From Candidatus Latescibacterota bacterium (GTDB lineage: Bacteria; Latescibacterota; UBA2968; UBA8231), in NCBI GenBank assembly GCA_965203175.1, contig OZ241867.1:3936001-4000000 (forward strand): DNA of 64,000 nucleotides, given 5' to 3'. The notes under the pieces were generated by a model. That model had not been told where the DNA came from. It saw nothing but the letters and a program-made list of their open reading frames with translations, and searched no databases. Position numbers and translations under genes: made by a program. Position 1 is the stretch's first letter. Every line of letters begins with the position of its first letter. Of the stretch, positions 39,304 to 47,769 are shown in pieces.

Positions 39304-40014
39304 ATGTCTAGAGCACTTCCCCGTAAGCCTCATATAGATTCCCTCAAAAAGCAGGCCCGGCAGCTACTCCAAGCGCACCGCGAGGGTCGGCCAGAAAGCC
39401 TCCGCAGCATTCGGACCTATATGCCTCATTTAGGCTCATTGTCCGACGAGGCCGTCCTGCAAAGGCCATTTACCTTGCAACAGGCCCAATGCGTCCTCAG
39501 CCGCGAGTATGGGTTTAGCAATTGGGCAGAATTGGTCCGAGCTGTCGAGATTATCCGTCAGGCCGAGTCAGCTATGCTGAGCCAAGTCGATGACGCTTTG
39601 CGCAACGGTCAATCTATCCATGTGTTGATCCCCGAGCACATGGCGGCGAATGTTGCCCAAAGGCTGACCGCTCATTGCGGCCAAAATCGGGTACTCTTGG
39701 TAGCTCGCGTAAGCCAAGAGCCGTTCAATGGCTGGGTCGACCCGATAGCCGCAGCGGCAGTGGTAGTTAGTCCTCCTGGAGAGTTGGGCTTCCTCCACAT
39801 GCATGAACGCTTGCAAAAACCCGAAGGGCCATGGGATTTCGAGCAGCTTTTATCTGAAGCCCACGCCTTCGTGAACGTGCCGTTCAGAGAGGAACGGACG
39901 CCTTTGATCATTTCCGGTCCAGATGAAGAAACAGGTGCTGTCCGCGACCTGATTTCCATGTATCTGACGGAGTTTTATGGGTTATACGGTTCGATGATGG
40001 ACCATCGATATTGA
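39304..40014 (+). CDS. LPxxP-LKKQA / REYGF-W N-terminal domain fused to a degenerate SecA NBD1 fragment
   Basis: MSRALPRKPHIDSLKKQARQLL...AQCVLSREYGFSNW; C-terminal GQSIHV...GELGF...ERTPLIISGP. Confidence 0.75.
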   Translation: MSRALPRKPHIDSLKKQARQLLQAHREGRPESLRSIRTYMPHLGSLSDEAVLQRPFTLQQAQCVLSREYGFSNWAELVRAVEIIRQAESAMLSQVDDALRNGQSIHVLIPEHMAANVAQRLTAHCGQNRVLLVARVSQEPFNGWVDPIAAAAVVVSPPGELGFLHMHERLQKPEGPWDFEQLLSEAHAFVNVPFREERTPLIISGPDEETGAVRDLISMYLTEFYGLYGSMMDHRY

Positions 40015-40053
40015 CCTCCGGTAATCAGATAGGTTGTAGGGGTAACCTTTTCC

Positions 40054-40674
40054 TTACAAAGCAGTTAGGACGGACTCGACCTGTTCTTCGGTGGGCGTGC
40101 TGCCGTCGAGGATCAGGTCCGCGTAGCGGGCGGTGGGCTGGATATGGCGGCGGTACATTGGGCGGACCTGCTCTTGGTATTGGGCGCGGATTGAGGCGGG
40201 GGAACGGCCGCGTTCGATGCGGTCGCGGGCGAGGCGGCGCTCCAAGCAGATCGCGTCGGCAGCGGTGACGAAGAGGCGCAGGTGGTAGAGGGCATTGATG
40301 TCGGGCCAGTAGAGGGCAAAGAGGCCCTCGACGAGTAGGAAATCGGTGGGGGTGAGGCTCTGTTGGTGCGCTTGGCGCGTGTGGGTGGCAAAGTCGTACA
40401 CTGGGATTTCGACGCGGTGGCCGGCGGCGAGTTGGCGGAGATCCTCGGCGAGGCGCTGGTGGTCCATGGCCTCGGGGGCGTCGAAGTTGACGCGGGCTCT
40501 TTCGTCTGGGGAGAGGGCGGCTAAGTCGCGGTAGTACGCATCTAGGGAGAGCACGGTGGCTGAGCCGGGCAGGCGGGTCTGAAGGGCGCGGGCGAGCGTG
40601 GTCTTGCCTGCACCGGATGGTCCGGCTAAGCCGATGAGGCAGGGCGGCCCTTTAGCTTTGGAATAGGGCTGCAT
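40054..40674 (-). CDS. udk: Uridine kinase
   Basis: GPSGAGKT, LDAYYRD, NFDAPEA, PVYDFATHTR, VEG, RRLARD..ERGR. Confidence 0.9.
   Translation of the reverse strand: MQPYSKAKGPPCLIGLAGPSGAGKTTLARALQTRLPGSATVLSLDAYYRDLAALSPDERARVNFDAPEAMDHQRLAEDLRQLAAGHRVEIPVYDFATHTRQAHQQSLTPTDFLLVEGLFALYWPDINALYHLRLFVTAADAICLERRLARDRIERGRSPASIRAQYQEQVRPMYRRHIQPTARYADLILDGSTPTEEQVESVLTAL
40651..40663. repeat. Left copy of 13-bp direct repeat (inside the udk 5' end)
   Basis: TTTAGCTTTGGAA. Confidence 0.9.
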
Positions 40675-40809
40675 TCTTGACTCGTAAGATACCGTCTATA
40701 AGTTCAAAAAGACAGAGTTGTGGGAACGGTCCGATGCGTGTAATCCCTCCACCGGCGTGGTTCCTACTCCCAATTGGTATTCAAAAAATTATAAAGAAAG
40801 GAAGAGCCA

Positions 40810-41748
40810 ATGAACCAAATCGGGCCTTTCCCGATCAATAAGACCCACGAAGGAGATTGTCTAGAACTGATTCCGCAACTTCCGGACGAGTCCGTGAATA
40901 TAGTTGTGACGAGTCCTCCCTATTGGGGGCAAAGGCACTCAGAAGGGATCGGTATCGAAAAAGACCCGAGGGATTATCTACAGTTTCTCACGAAAGCCTT
41001 TGTGGAAGTTTTACCGAAGTTGAGACCGGAAGGGATTCTTTGGATCAATATAGGAGACGCTTACAACACCCCTGTGAACTGGAATCAGAAAGCATGGAAG
41101 TTCAGCACCTTGGGTGCAAAAAAACAAGGCTTTTCGGAAGACAATTCAGCGTACACCAAACCTCGGGCGCGGCGAAAAGCATTTATCGATAAGGATGAAA
41201 CGTGGCTTCAGTATGGCAATCTTCTGGCGCTCCCATATCGTCTTATTATCTCTCTTTGCGACGCGGGCTACTTGTTCCGGGGAGAAGTAATTTGGCGAAA
41301 GAAAAATGCCATGCCTGAGGGCCGCTGCCGACGCCCGCATCGTCAACACGAATCGATTTACTTGCTGACAAAGAGCGAGCGGCATGGTTTTCGCGTAACA
41401 CCTCCGATTAAGAGCGTGTGGGAGTTCGCAAACGAGAAGATTGACGGGCTCAAGCATTTCTCACGCTTCCCCAAGGAATTGCCAATTCGTTGCATTAAGG
41501 CGTACGGAACCTGTGGAGAAGATGTTGTGGTTTTAGATCCGTTCTCTGGATCGGGCACTACAGGAATCGCGGCACTGACCCTTGGCTGTTCCTACATAGG
41601 ATTTGAAGTTGACCCCGAGCAAGTTCAGGCCTCCAACAAACGCTTAGAGGAAAGCAAAGGGCCAAATTTGGAATTATTTCCGAAATCGGAGACTCTCCGA
41701 AACGACGAACCTAGTGAAGGCATCGTCCGGGTCGGTGAAGTCACATGA
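40810..41748 (+). CDS. DNA methyltransferase, beta class, probably N4-cytosine
   Basis: Motif IV TSPPY N-terminal; motif I LDPFSGSGTT C-terminal. Confidence 0.92.
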   Translation: MNQIGPFPINKTHEGDCLELIPQLPDESVNIVVTSPPYWGQRHSEGIGIEKDPRDYLQFLTKAFVEVLPKLRPEGILWINIGDAYNTPVNWNQKAWKFSTLGAKKQGFSEDNSAYTKPRARRKAFIDKDETWLQYGNLLALPYRLIISLCDAGYLFRGEVIWRKKNAMPEGRCRRPHRQHESIYLLTKSERHGFRVTPPIKSVWEFANEKIDGLKHFSRFPKELPIRCIKAYGTCGEDVVVLDPFSGSGTTGIAALTLGCSYIGFEVDPEQVQASNKRLEESKGPNLELFPKSETLRNDEPSEGIVRVGEVT

Positions 41749-42837
41749 ATAAATTCGTGCCTTTGCTAGGGGGGTATCGGGAGGAGTTGGACGAGTGTTC
41801 CTATTGTAAGAAAAGCATGCTGAGAAAAAGCCGTCGCTTTCTATGTCTTTTCTCTTAGCGTTCCTTTGATCCTGACCTTCTCCGGTAAAAATTTTCCCCA
41901 ATTCGCCGCGATTGACGGGTTCAGGACTAGGGAAACTCTTGCAATCCATCGTCCATAGCGGGGAAATGTAGCTAGCATCAACGAGTGCTTGACTCATAGG
42001 AACATCGTCTGTTCGGCGTTCCGCAAAACTCGCCTTGACGTGAACGACCCCAATCATCCGTTCGTTTGCTCCCTCGCCGACCGTTAGCATAATATCCACT
42101 TTGTCTGGTTCAAGGCGGTGACCAACGTCGATACCGCAAAGAATCCTCGCCTTACGCTCGGAATCTTTACGTACCATGTTGATCCCTTGTTTTGCCAAAG
42201 TATCACCGTAATGCTTTTCGAGAACCAACTCCAAGGCCCAACCAGCAGTTCGTTTCCAGCTTTGCGCAAAGTCTAAGCGAGCATACTGGGCAGGATGGTT
42301 GTATGGGTCACAGTAGGCGCGATATACGAGAAACCACCAGAGATCGGAGGGGTTAGCTTGAGGCCAGAGTTCAACGGCTTTCATGAACGCATTGGCCACA
42401 CTTTCCATCTTAATCGTCTCGGCTCGCGGCTCTCCAATCCCAGAGTCGGCGAGCTGAGCGAGTCCATTTCGCAACGTTAGAACTATTTCCGTGAACTGCT
42501 CCACGGTAGCACCTTCAAGGCGGTACGTAGCATCGTATTCACCATAGGGAAAGTGAAGAATGAGGTCATTGTCGACTTCTTCTGGAGTAATTGAGCGTTT
42601 TATGGACGGAGCGTTCCCGTCTATGCCTTCTGCAAGGTCGCTCAGAGTTTTGCCATAGAGTGAGAGCAGAGACATAACCACATCAAGACCGGGGAGGGCC
42701 GCACCGCTCTCGAACGCGTGGATCCACCCTGGCCCCAAAACAAGGTTACTTTCGACCTGCTCAGGCTCAAGTTGGGATTCCTGACGAAATGTATGCAGTC
42801 GCCGGAAAAGCTGTGAGAGGTAATCGCTACGGGTCAT
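41674..42837 (-). CDS. Putative type II restriction endonuclease (PD-(D/E)xK, BsaWI/CCGG-family-like) with N-terminal XRE-type HTH
   Basis: HTH-like N-terminus (LHTFRQES...IHAFESG..PGLD..LYG), QSWKRTAG.ALE, PDKVD, VKASFAER; adjacent MTase. Confidence 0.72.
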   Translation of the reverse strand: MTRSDYLSQLFRRLHTFRQESQLEPEQVESNLVLGPGWIHAFESGAALPGLDVVMSLLSLYGKTLSDLAEGIDGNAPSIKRSITPEEVDNDLILHFPYGEYDATYRLEGATVEQFTEIVLTLRNGLAQLADSGIGEPRAETIKMESVANAFMKAVELWPQANPSDLWWFLVYRAYCDPYNHPAQYARLDFAQSWKRTAGWALELVLEKHYGDTLAKQGINMVRKDSERKARILCGIDVGHRLEPDKVDIMLTVGEGANERMIGVVHVKASFAERRTDDVPMSQALVDASYISPLWTMDCKSFPSPEPVNRGELGKIFTGEGQDQRNAKRKDIESDGFFSACFSYNRNTRPTPPDTPLAKARIYSCDFTDPDDAFTRFVVSESLRFRK

Positions 42838-42838
42838 G

Positions 42839-42851
42839 TTTAGCTTTGGAA
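42839..42851. repeat. Right copy of 13-bp direct repeat (polX 3' end)
   Basis: TTTAGCTTTGGAA; on the minus strand it reads F-Q-S-stop of polX. Confidence 0.9.
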
Positions 42852-44534
42852 CCAAGCGGCAATGGCTTCGCGGCTGAGCGCGTTGGGGATGTCGGCGGCG
42901 CGGAGCCAGCCCTTGCGGGCAATGCCGATACCGTAGCCGAGATGGTCCAGGCCACCGACGCTGTGGGCGTCGGTGTTGACGGCGATTTGGACGCCGCGGT
43001 CGCGCGCCTTTTTGACGTGCCGCCAGTCGAGGTCGAGTCGCGACGGGTGGGCGTTGATTTCGAGGGCGACCCCACAGCGGGCGGCAGCTTCGATGATTGG
43101 GTCCATATCGACGGCATAGCCTTCGCGGTTGAGGAGCAAGCGCCCGGTTGGATGGCCGACGATGGTGGTCGCCGGATGCTCGATGGCGCGGACGATGCGG
43201 GCGGTCATAGCGTCGCGGCTCAAGTTGAACTGCGAATGGACCGAGGCGACTACGAAGTCGAATTGGGCGAGCAAGTCGTCGTCGTAGTCGAGCGAGCCGT
43301 CGCCGAGGATATCCGACTCAATGCCCTTGAAGATGCGGAAGGGAGCCAATTCCTCGTTGAGCTGGTCGATTTCCTCCCATTGGCGCTGGACATCCTCAAC
43401 GCGAAGCCCACCGGCGTAGGCTGCGGCTTGGCTGTGGTCGGCAATGCCCATGTACTCAAAGCCGTGTTCTTGCACGGCGTGGGCCATGGCCTCCAAGCTA
43501 TCGGCCCCATCCGAATAGGTCGAATGCACGTGGAGCATACCGCGAATGTCGGCGGCTGTTACCAACTCAGGTAGTGTGTCGGCGGCTGCGGCCTCGACTT
43601 CGCCTTGGTTTTCGCGCAACTCCGGCGGGATGTAGGCGAGGCCCAAGGCGGCGAATAAAGCCGCTTCATCCGCGCACTCGATGCGCTCGTCGCCGCGCCA
43701 GAGTCCGCGTTCGTCGAGGACTAGCCCGCGCTCTGCGGCTTTGGCGCGCAGTGCGACGCGGTGTTCCTCGCTGCCTGTGTAGTAGTGTAGGGCCGCAGAG
43801 AAGGCATCGTCTGAGACTATATGCAGGTTGGCTTGTAGCCCACTGGACAGTCGTCCTGCGCCCGGTGAGGAGACTTCGGCTATATCCGGATGGGAGCCAA
43901 AGGCCGCAGTCGCGGCCTCGGCGTCGGTGGTGCTGATTACGAAGTCGAGTTGCTGGACTGTTTCTCGCGCTCGGCGCAGCTCTCCGGCGATGGCAAAGTG
44001 CTGCGCGTGGGAGCACAGGGTTGTGAGCAGACTTTGGGCGCTCTGGTGTGCGCTATCGACGCGGCAGTGGCCCTCGTGGGCGCGAATGAACCCGACGCCC
44101 TTGAGAATGGTTGCCTGGGTCTTGGAGCCAAAGCCCTTGAGGGCGGCGAGTTGGCCGTCGCGACAGGCTTGTTCGAGGGCGTCGAGGGTCTCAATGCCGA
44201 GGGCCTTGCGGATGGCGACGATCTTGCGCGGCCCCAAGCCGGGGACTCTCAGCATGTCGAGCAGCCCCTCCGGCGTTGCGGCCCGCAGGTCTTCATAAGC
44301 TTGGGCCGTGCCGGTGTCGGCCAACTCGGCGACTAGTTCAGCCACGCTGTCGCCGATACCTTTGACCTCGGTTAGAGTCCCGGCGGCGAGAAGTTCGTCA
44401 AGAGGGGATGTTAGGGTTTCGAGGGCGCGCACGGCATTGGCGTAGGCGCGCACCCGGAAGGGGGAGGCTCCGCTGAGTTCGAGGAGGGTGGCGTACTCTT
44501 CGACAAAATCCGCTGCGATCCGGGCCGTTATCAT
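42840..44534 (-). CDS. polX: PolX-PHP protein, non-canonical polymerase site
   Basis: FRVRAY, HhH (VPGLGPRK), YTGS.EH, IPPELRE, PHP motifs HVHSTYSDG, DHS, HPTGR, TDAH; ATGA overlap with the upstream gene. Confidence 0.92.
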   Translation of the reverse strand: MITARIAADFVEEYATLLELSGASPFRVRAYANAVRALETLTSPLDELLAAGTLTEVKGIGDSVAELVAELADTGTAQAYEDLRAATPEGLLDMLRVPGLGPRKIVAIRKALGIETLDALEQACRDGQLAALKGFGSKTQATILKGVGFIRAHEGHCRVDSAHQSAQSLLTTLCSHAQHFAIAGELRRARETVQQLDFVISTTDAEAATAAFGSHPDIAEVSSPGAGRLSSGLQANLHIVSDDAFSAALHYYTGSEEHRVALRAKAAERGLVLDERGLWRGDERIECADEAALFAALGLAYIPPELRENQGEVEAAAADTLPELVTAADIRGMLHVHSTYSDGADSLEAMAHAVQEHGFEYMGIADHSQAAAYAGGLRVEDVQRQWEEIDQLNEELAPFRIFKGIESDILGDGSLDYDDDLLAQFDFVVASVHSQFNLSRDAMTARIVRAIEHPATTIVGHPTGRLLLNREGYAVDMDPIIEAAARCGVALEINAHPSRLDLDWRHVKKARDRGVQIAVNTDAHSVGGLDHLGYGIGIARKGWLRAADIPNALSREAIAAWFQS

Positions 44535-45316
44535 TGCTTTTGCTCGTGCATTAGGTGGAGAATGTGCGATACCAGCGTCGCGTTGCCCGCGGCGAGTCCA
44601 CCGGGGATGAGGGTATCGGCTTGGTTGTAGGTCCGCACTTGGTGGCCGCACGTGTGCATGAGTCCGCCGGCCTCGCGCACTAACAGGTCGCCGGCGCAAA
44701 CGTCCCACTCGTTTTTGTCTTGGATGCTAAAGTTGAGGTCGCAGGCTCCCGCCGCCACTAGGGCCAGCTTGTAGGCGACGCTGCCGACGGGACGGATTGC
44801 GCCAAGGTGCGGGCGAAAGGGGTCGATCCCGCCGCGTTTGGTCTCGCTGCGGCTGACGACGGCTGTGGCTTGGCTGAGGGATTGGACCTCGCTGCAAAAC
44901 ACGCGCTGACCGTTGCGGAAGGTGCCGCTGCCCGAGACGGCGGCGAAGATTTGCTCCTGCGCGGGATTGTAGATAACCGCCAGAGTCGGCGCGCCGCCTT
45001 CGACTAAGGCCACGGCAACTACGTATTCGGGAATGCCTTCGACGAACTCGCGGGTGCCGTCGATTGGATCGACGATCCACACGGCTTCTTTTGCGAGACG
45101 TTGGCGATCATCGACGGTCTCTTCGGAGAGCCAGCCGCAGTCTGGGCGCAGATCCCGCAGGGCTTTTTTGAGGTAGGCGTCGGCTTGGAGATCTGCCGCG
45201 GTCAGCGGATCGTTCCTGTCTTTGTAGGCGATCTCAAGTGGTCCGCCAAAGTACTGCAAGGTCAGTGCCCCGGCCTCGCGGGTGGCTGCTATGGCTTGTT
45301 GGAGTTGGGTCTGCAT
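44531..45316 (-). CDS. cysQ: 3'(2'),5'-bisphosphate nucleotidase / inositol monophosphatase family (CysQ-like)
   Basis: LTAAD, LSEE, WIVDPIDGTREF, EWDVCAG. Confidence 0.85.
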   Translation of the reverse strand: MQTQLQQAIAATREAGALTLQYFGGPLEIAYKDRNDPLTAADLQADAYLKKALRDLRPDCGWLSEETVDDRQRLAKEAVWIVDPIDGTREFVEGIPEYVVAVALVEGGAPTLAVIYNPAQEQIFAAVSGSGTFRNGQRVFCSEVQSLSQATAVVSRSETKRGGIDPFRPHLGAIRPVGSVAYKLALVAAGACDLNFSIQDKNEWDVCAGDLLVREAGGLMHTCGHQVRTYNQADTLIPGGLAAGNATLVSHILHLMHEQKQ

Positions 45317-45381
45317 GAGAGCATTCGAAAATAGGGGTTAGAGTTGGGGAGAGCAATGGACTGAATCGGGGCCATGGCGGC

Positions 45382-45411
45382 TTGACAAGACGAAGAGGCG
45401 TCGGGTAGATT
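45382..45411 (+). promoter_or_regulatory. Putative sigma70 promoter
   Basis: TTGACA-18-TAGATT upstream of the 45448 ORF. Confidence 0.45.
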
Positions 45412-45447
45412 GATAGAGCAGAATCGACAATTTCAAACGAGGTGAAA

Positions 45448-46074
45448 ATGCGTTGGATACTATGGTTTTGGCTGCCGGTGATTTTGCTGGTGGCAAGCGG
45501 GGCCGAGGCGGCCATGGAGACCGAAGAGGTGCGGAGTCTGCTGGAGAAGATGCAGGCCGAGGAGGCATGGGGCGAAGCTGTGCTTACTGATGGCCGAGTG
45601 CGCTCGTTGCGCGTGGAGGAGCTTGAGGCGGATTCAGTGGCAGTCGTCGAGGTCGTCGGTGCCTTGCAGGAGCGGGAGGCCGCGTATGCGCTAGCTGAAA
45701 TTCGCTCCCTGCGCTCGCTGGGGACGTATCGCATTCAGGCGCGCCACGCCGCGTATCGACAGCCAAAGTCCGGGCTGTTGGCCTTTCTGCTGGAGCTACC
45801 CGTGCCGGGCGCGGGCTATTTCTACATTGGGGAGCACAAGCAGGGGCTCGCGCTCATGGGTTTGACGGTGACGGCTGTGGGGACGGCCGTTCTGACGGGT
45901 TCAGACACCGCGGCCGGTTGGGTGCCGCTGTCGGCGTGGGTCAAGATCGCGTCGTTGTTTCATCTGCGCGACCAAGTCCAAACCATCAACAAGTTAGCCA
46001 AAAACGTAGAACTGGGCGCTCTGCCCGGGCGCGAAGCCGCCGTCCCCGCCCTGCGGCTGAAGCTGGATTTTTAA
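45448..46074 (+). CDS. Hypothetical exported/membrane protein
   Basis: Signal peptide, KS..LAFLL...PGAGYFYIG motif, C-terminal Phe. Confidence 0.7.
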   Translation: MRWILWFWLPVILLVASGAEAAMETEEVRSLLEKMQAEEAWGEAVLTDGRVRSLRVEELEADSVAVVEVVGALQEREAAYALAEIRSLRSLGTYRIQARHAAYRQPKSGLLAFLLELPVPGAGYFYIGEHKQGLALMGLTVTAVGTAVLTGSDTAAGWVPLSAWVKIASLFHLRDQVQTINKLAKNVELGALPGREAAVPALRLKLDF

Positions 46075-46120
46075 CGGCTGCAAGAGGGCTATGCTGGCCC
46101 TGTGCTTGACTAGATACTCG

Positions 46121-46149
46121 ACCGGCCCTTGCGGGGGCCGGTTTTTTTA
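46121..46149 (+). terminator. Intrinsic terminator (hairpin also abuts the orphan acrB tail on the minus strand)
   Basis: ACCGGCCCT-TGCG-GGGGCCGGT followed by a T-run. Confidence 0.8.
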
Positions 46150-46212
46150 TGCCCTCCCAACGCGGCCGATCCAAGCCCTTAGATCCATGGCCAAGCTGAG
46201 GAAGGTGGGTAC
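46147..46212 (-). pseudogene. Orphan duplicate of the acrB-like 3' end (VPTFLSLAMDLRAWIGRVGRA*)
   Basis: 46153-46212 matches 48976-49035 at 50/60 nt and 18/20 aa. Confidence 0.92.
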
Positions 46213-46224
46213 ACTGCGGTCCGA

Positions 46225-47115
46225 CTATACACACCCCGGGAACTCGCGCCCACGGATCAGGGGCCAGCCGTTGACAGGTTCCGACCCGACAAGGCAACCG
46301 CGCTGTTTAAGGCGTTCGGTCTCTTCCGGTGTACCGATGTAACGCGTGTCCGAAGAGACGTAGTGAATCGACCAGCCTCGCCGCCGGTACGGCGTTGTAT
46401 TCGGGCCGCTGCAATGGAGTGCCAGGCTGTGGTGAAAGGTCGCATCACCCGCCTTCAGTGGAACAGCGACCTCTTGGGCGAGCACATCCTCTGTCAGCAT
46501 GTAGGGGAGATGGTCCCAGTTGACGAGGCCGAAGTGGTGGCTGCCCGGGATGAAACGCACACAACCGTTCTCGACAGTCGCATCGTCGAGCAGGACCTGG
46601 CATGTGACCTGGAAGTTGCTCGCGAAGAAGGCCCAGAAAATGGAATCCTGATGGTAGCGATTCGCTTTGGCGTATGGCGGCTTCGCAAAGACCTGGTCGT
46701 AGTAGAGCTTGATGTCCGGCCCCATCAGGGATTCGATGATGTCGACGATTTTGGGGCTTCGTACAAACGCATTGAAAACCGAATGGTGGTACGAAGGCAG
46801 GTTGAGATGACTTACCGTATCCAGCGGGTCCTCAACCGACGTGCGATCTTCTGGAGCGGTTACTTCCCCTTTCGGGTAAACCTGAGTGCCGCGTCGGTCA
46901 TGTCGGCTTCCGTGAGGAGTGGGCGGTTCCGCGGCTTGAGCCGTTCCCGGAGTGTGGTGAGAGACGTTGCCTTCCGGGTAGTCGGGGACGCGACCGAGCG
47001 CAAGGTCGGCGTAGTGGTTGCGCAGGGTCTCGAGTTCTTCTGTGGTCAGCAGTTCTTTGACGACGATATAGCCGTCTTGGAAAAATTGGTTTTTCTGTTC
47101 TTTGGTCAAAGCCAT
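46225..47115 (-). CDS. PhyH-family Fe(II)/2-oxoglutarate dioxygenase
   Basis: FFQDGY, KPP, YHQD, ENGCVRFIPGSH, HCSGPN, RR. Confidence 0.9.
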   Translation of the reverse strand: MALTKEQKNQFFQDGYIVVKELLTTEELETLRNHYADLALGRVPDYPEGNVSHHTPGTAQAAEPPTPHGSRHDRRGTQVYPKGEVTAPEDRTSVEDPLDTVSHLNLPSYHHSVFNAFVRSPKIVDIIESLMGPDIKLYYDQVFAKPPYAKANRYHQDSIFWAFFASNFQVTCQVLLDDATVENGCVRFIPGSHHFGLVNWDHLPYMLTEDVLAQEVAVPLKAGDATFHHSLALHCSGPNTTPYRRRGWSIHYVSSDTRYIGTPEETERLKQRGCLVGSEPVNGWPLIRGREFPGCV

Positions 47116-47312
47116 GAGTGCCTCCGGATGGAAAGGTGCCGGGTGAGTGCGGCGATGATCTTCACCTGCCCCTGCAAACCGGGCATTGGGTCACATTCAC
47201 ACGAAAGGTCCGGAGCTCGCCAGCGGCCAGTGGTGGCAATACAACTGGTGAAGCCCGATTAGACCGCTACGTTGTCCGGGCCGTAGAAGTCGTTGACGGT
47301 CGGCCGGCTTCC

Positions 47313-47738
47313 CTATTCAGCCACCCAGACCCGTCTGAGCGGAACGTCGGGAGACTCGCACACACCGCCATAGATTGTCACGGCGGTGATTTTCTCGTTT
47401 TGAATCCGGCACAGGTGCACCTCAGTCGCTTCCAGACGTTTGCCATACAACGCTTCGGGCAGTCCGGGAAGAGGCTGGTTTACAATGCCCTTGTGGCGAA
47501 ACTCCACGGCGACCATCTCATCGTCTGCGATGACGTTGAGAATCTCGAGCCGCAGGTCCCGCTCTTCCTCGTGGCAGCCCCGCCAGAGCGCCACCATGTT
47601 ATCCGCGCCGCGGATGTCAAGTCCGCCGCCGACCATGGTTGCGTCGTCGGCGTACGTTTCGCGAAGGCGCTTCCAGTCAGAGGCGAAGGCGGCTTCGAGG
47701 GATTCGCGGGCGATACGCGCGTTTACACTAGAAGACAT
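47313..47738 (-). CDS. SnoaL/NTF2-like protein
   Basis: YADDA, IRG, VAVE, KI pattern typical of ester-cyclase folds. Confidence 0.8.
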   Translation of the reverse strand: MSSSVNARIARESLEAAFASDWKRLRETYADDATMVGGGLDIRGADNMVALWRGCHEEERDLRLEILNVIADDEMVAVEFRHKGIVNQPLPGLPEALYGKRLEATEVHLCRIQNEKITAVTIYGGVCESPDVPLRRVWVAE

Positions 47739-47769
47739 TGGTACGACCTCCGGAAAATGAAATCGGGAT

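Larger units (their letters stand above)
40651..42851. mobile_element. Restriction-modification cassette flanked by a 13-bp direct repeat; no integrase
   Basis: TTTAGCTTTGGAA at 40651-40663 and 42839-42851; interior visibly more AT-rich than the flanks. Confidence 0.75.

Noticed and set aside
40675-40809. C-box operator for the HTH-REase upstream of the MTase
   Set aside because: No convincing GACT-N3-AGTC pair or other clear palindrome was found.
42840-44708. ORF-track N-terminal extensions of polX (also rpsN, rpsM, DUF58, batA, batC, SDR, LLM and the 37092 ORF)
   Set aside because: The extensions overlap upstream genes or lack an RBS; downstream starts fit family N-termini and coupling.
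47260-47312. In-frame continuation after the SnoaL TAG (GSRPTVNDFYGPDNVAV*), suggesting readthrough or a remnant
   Set aside because: It is short, there is no recoding signal or pyl machinery in view, and it is compatible with chance.
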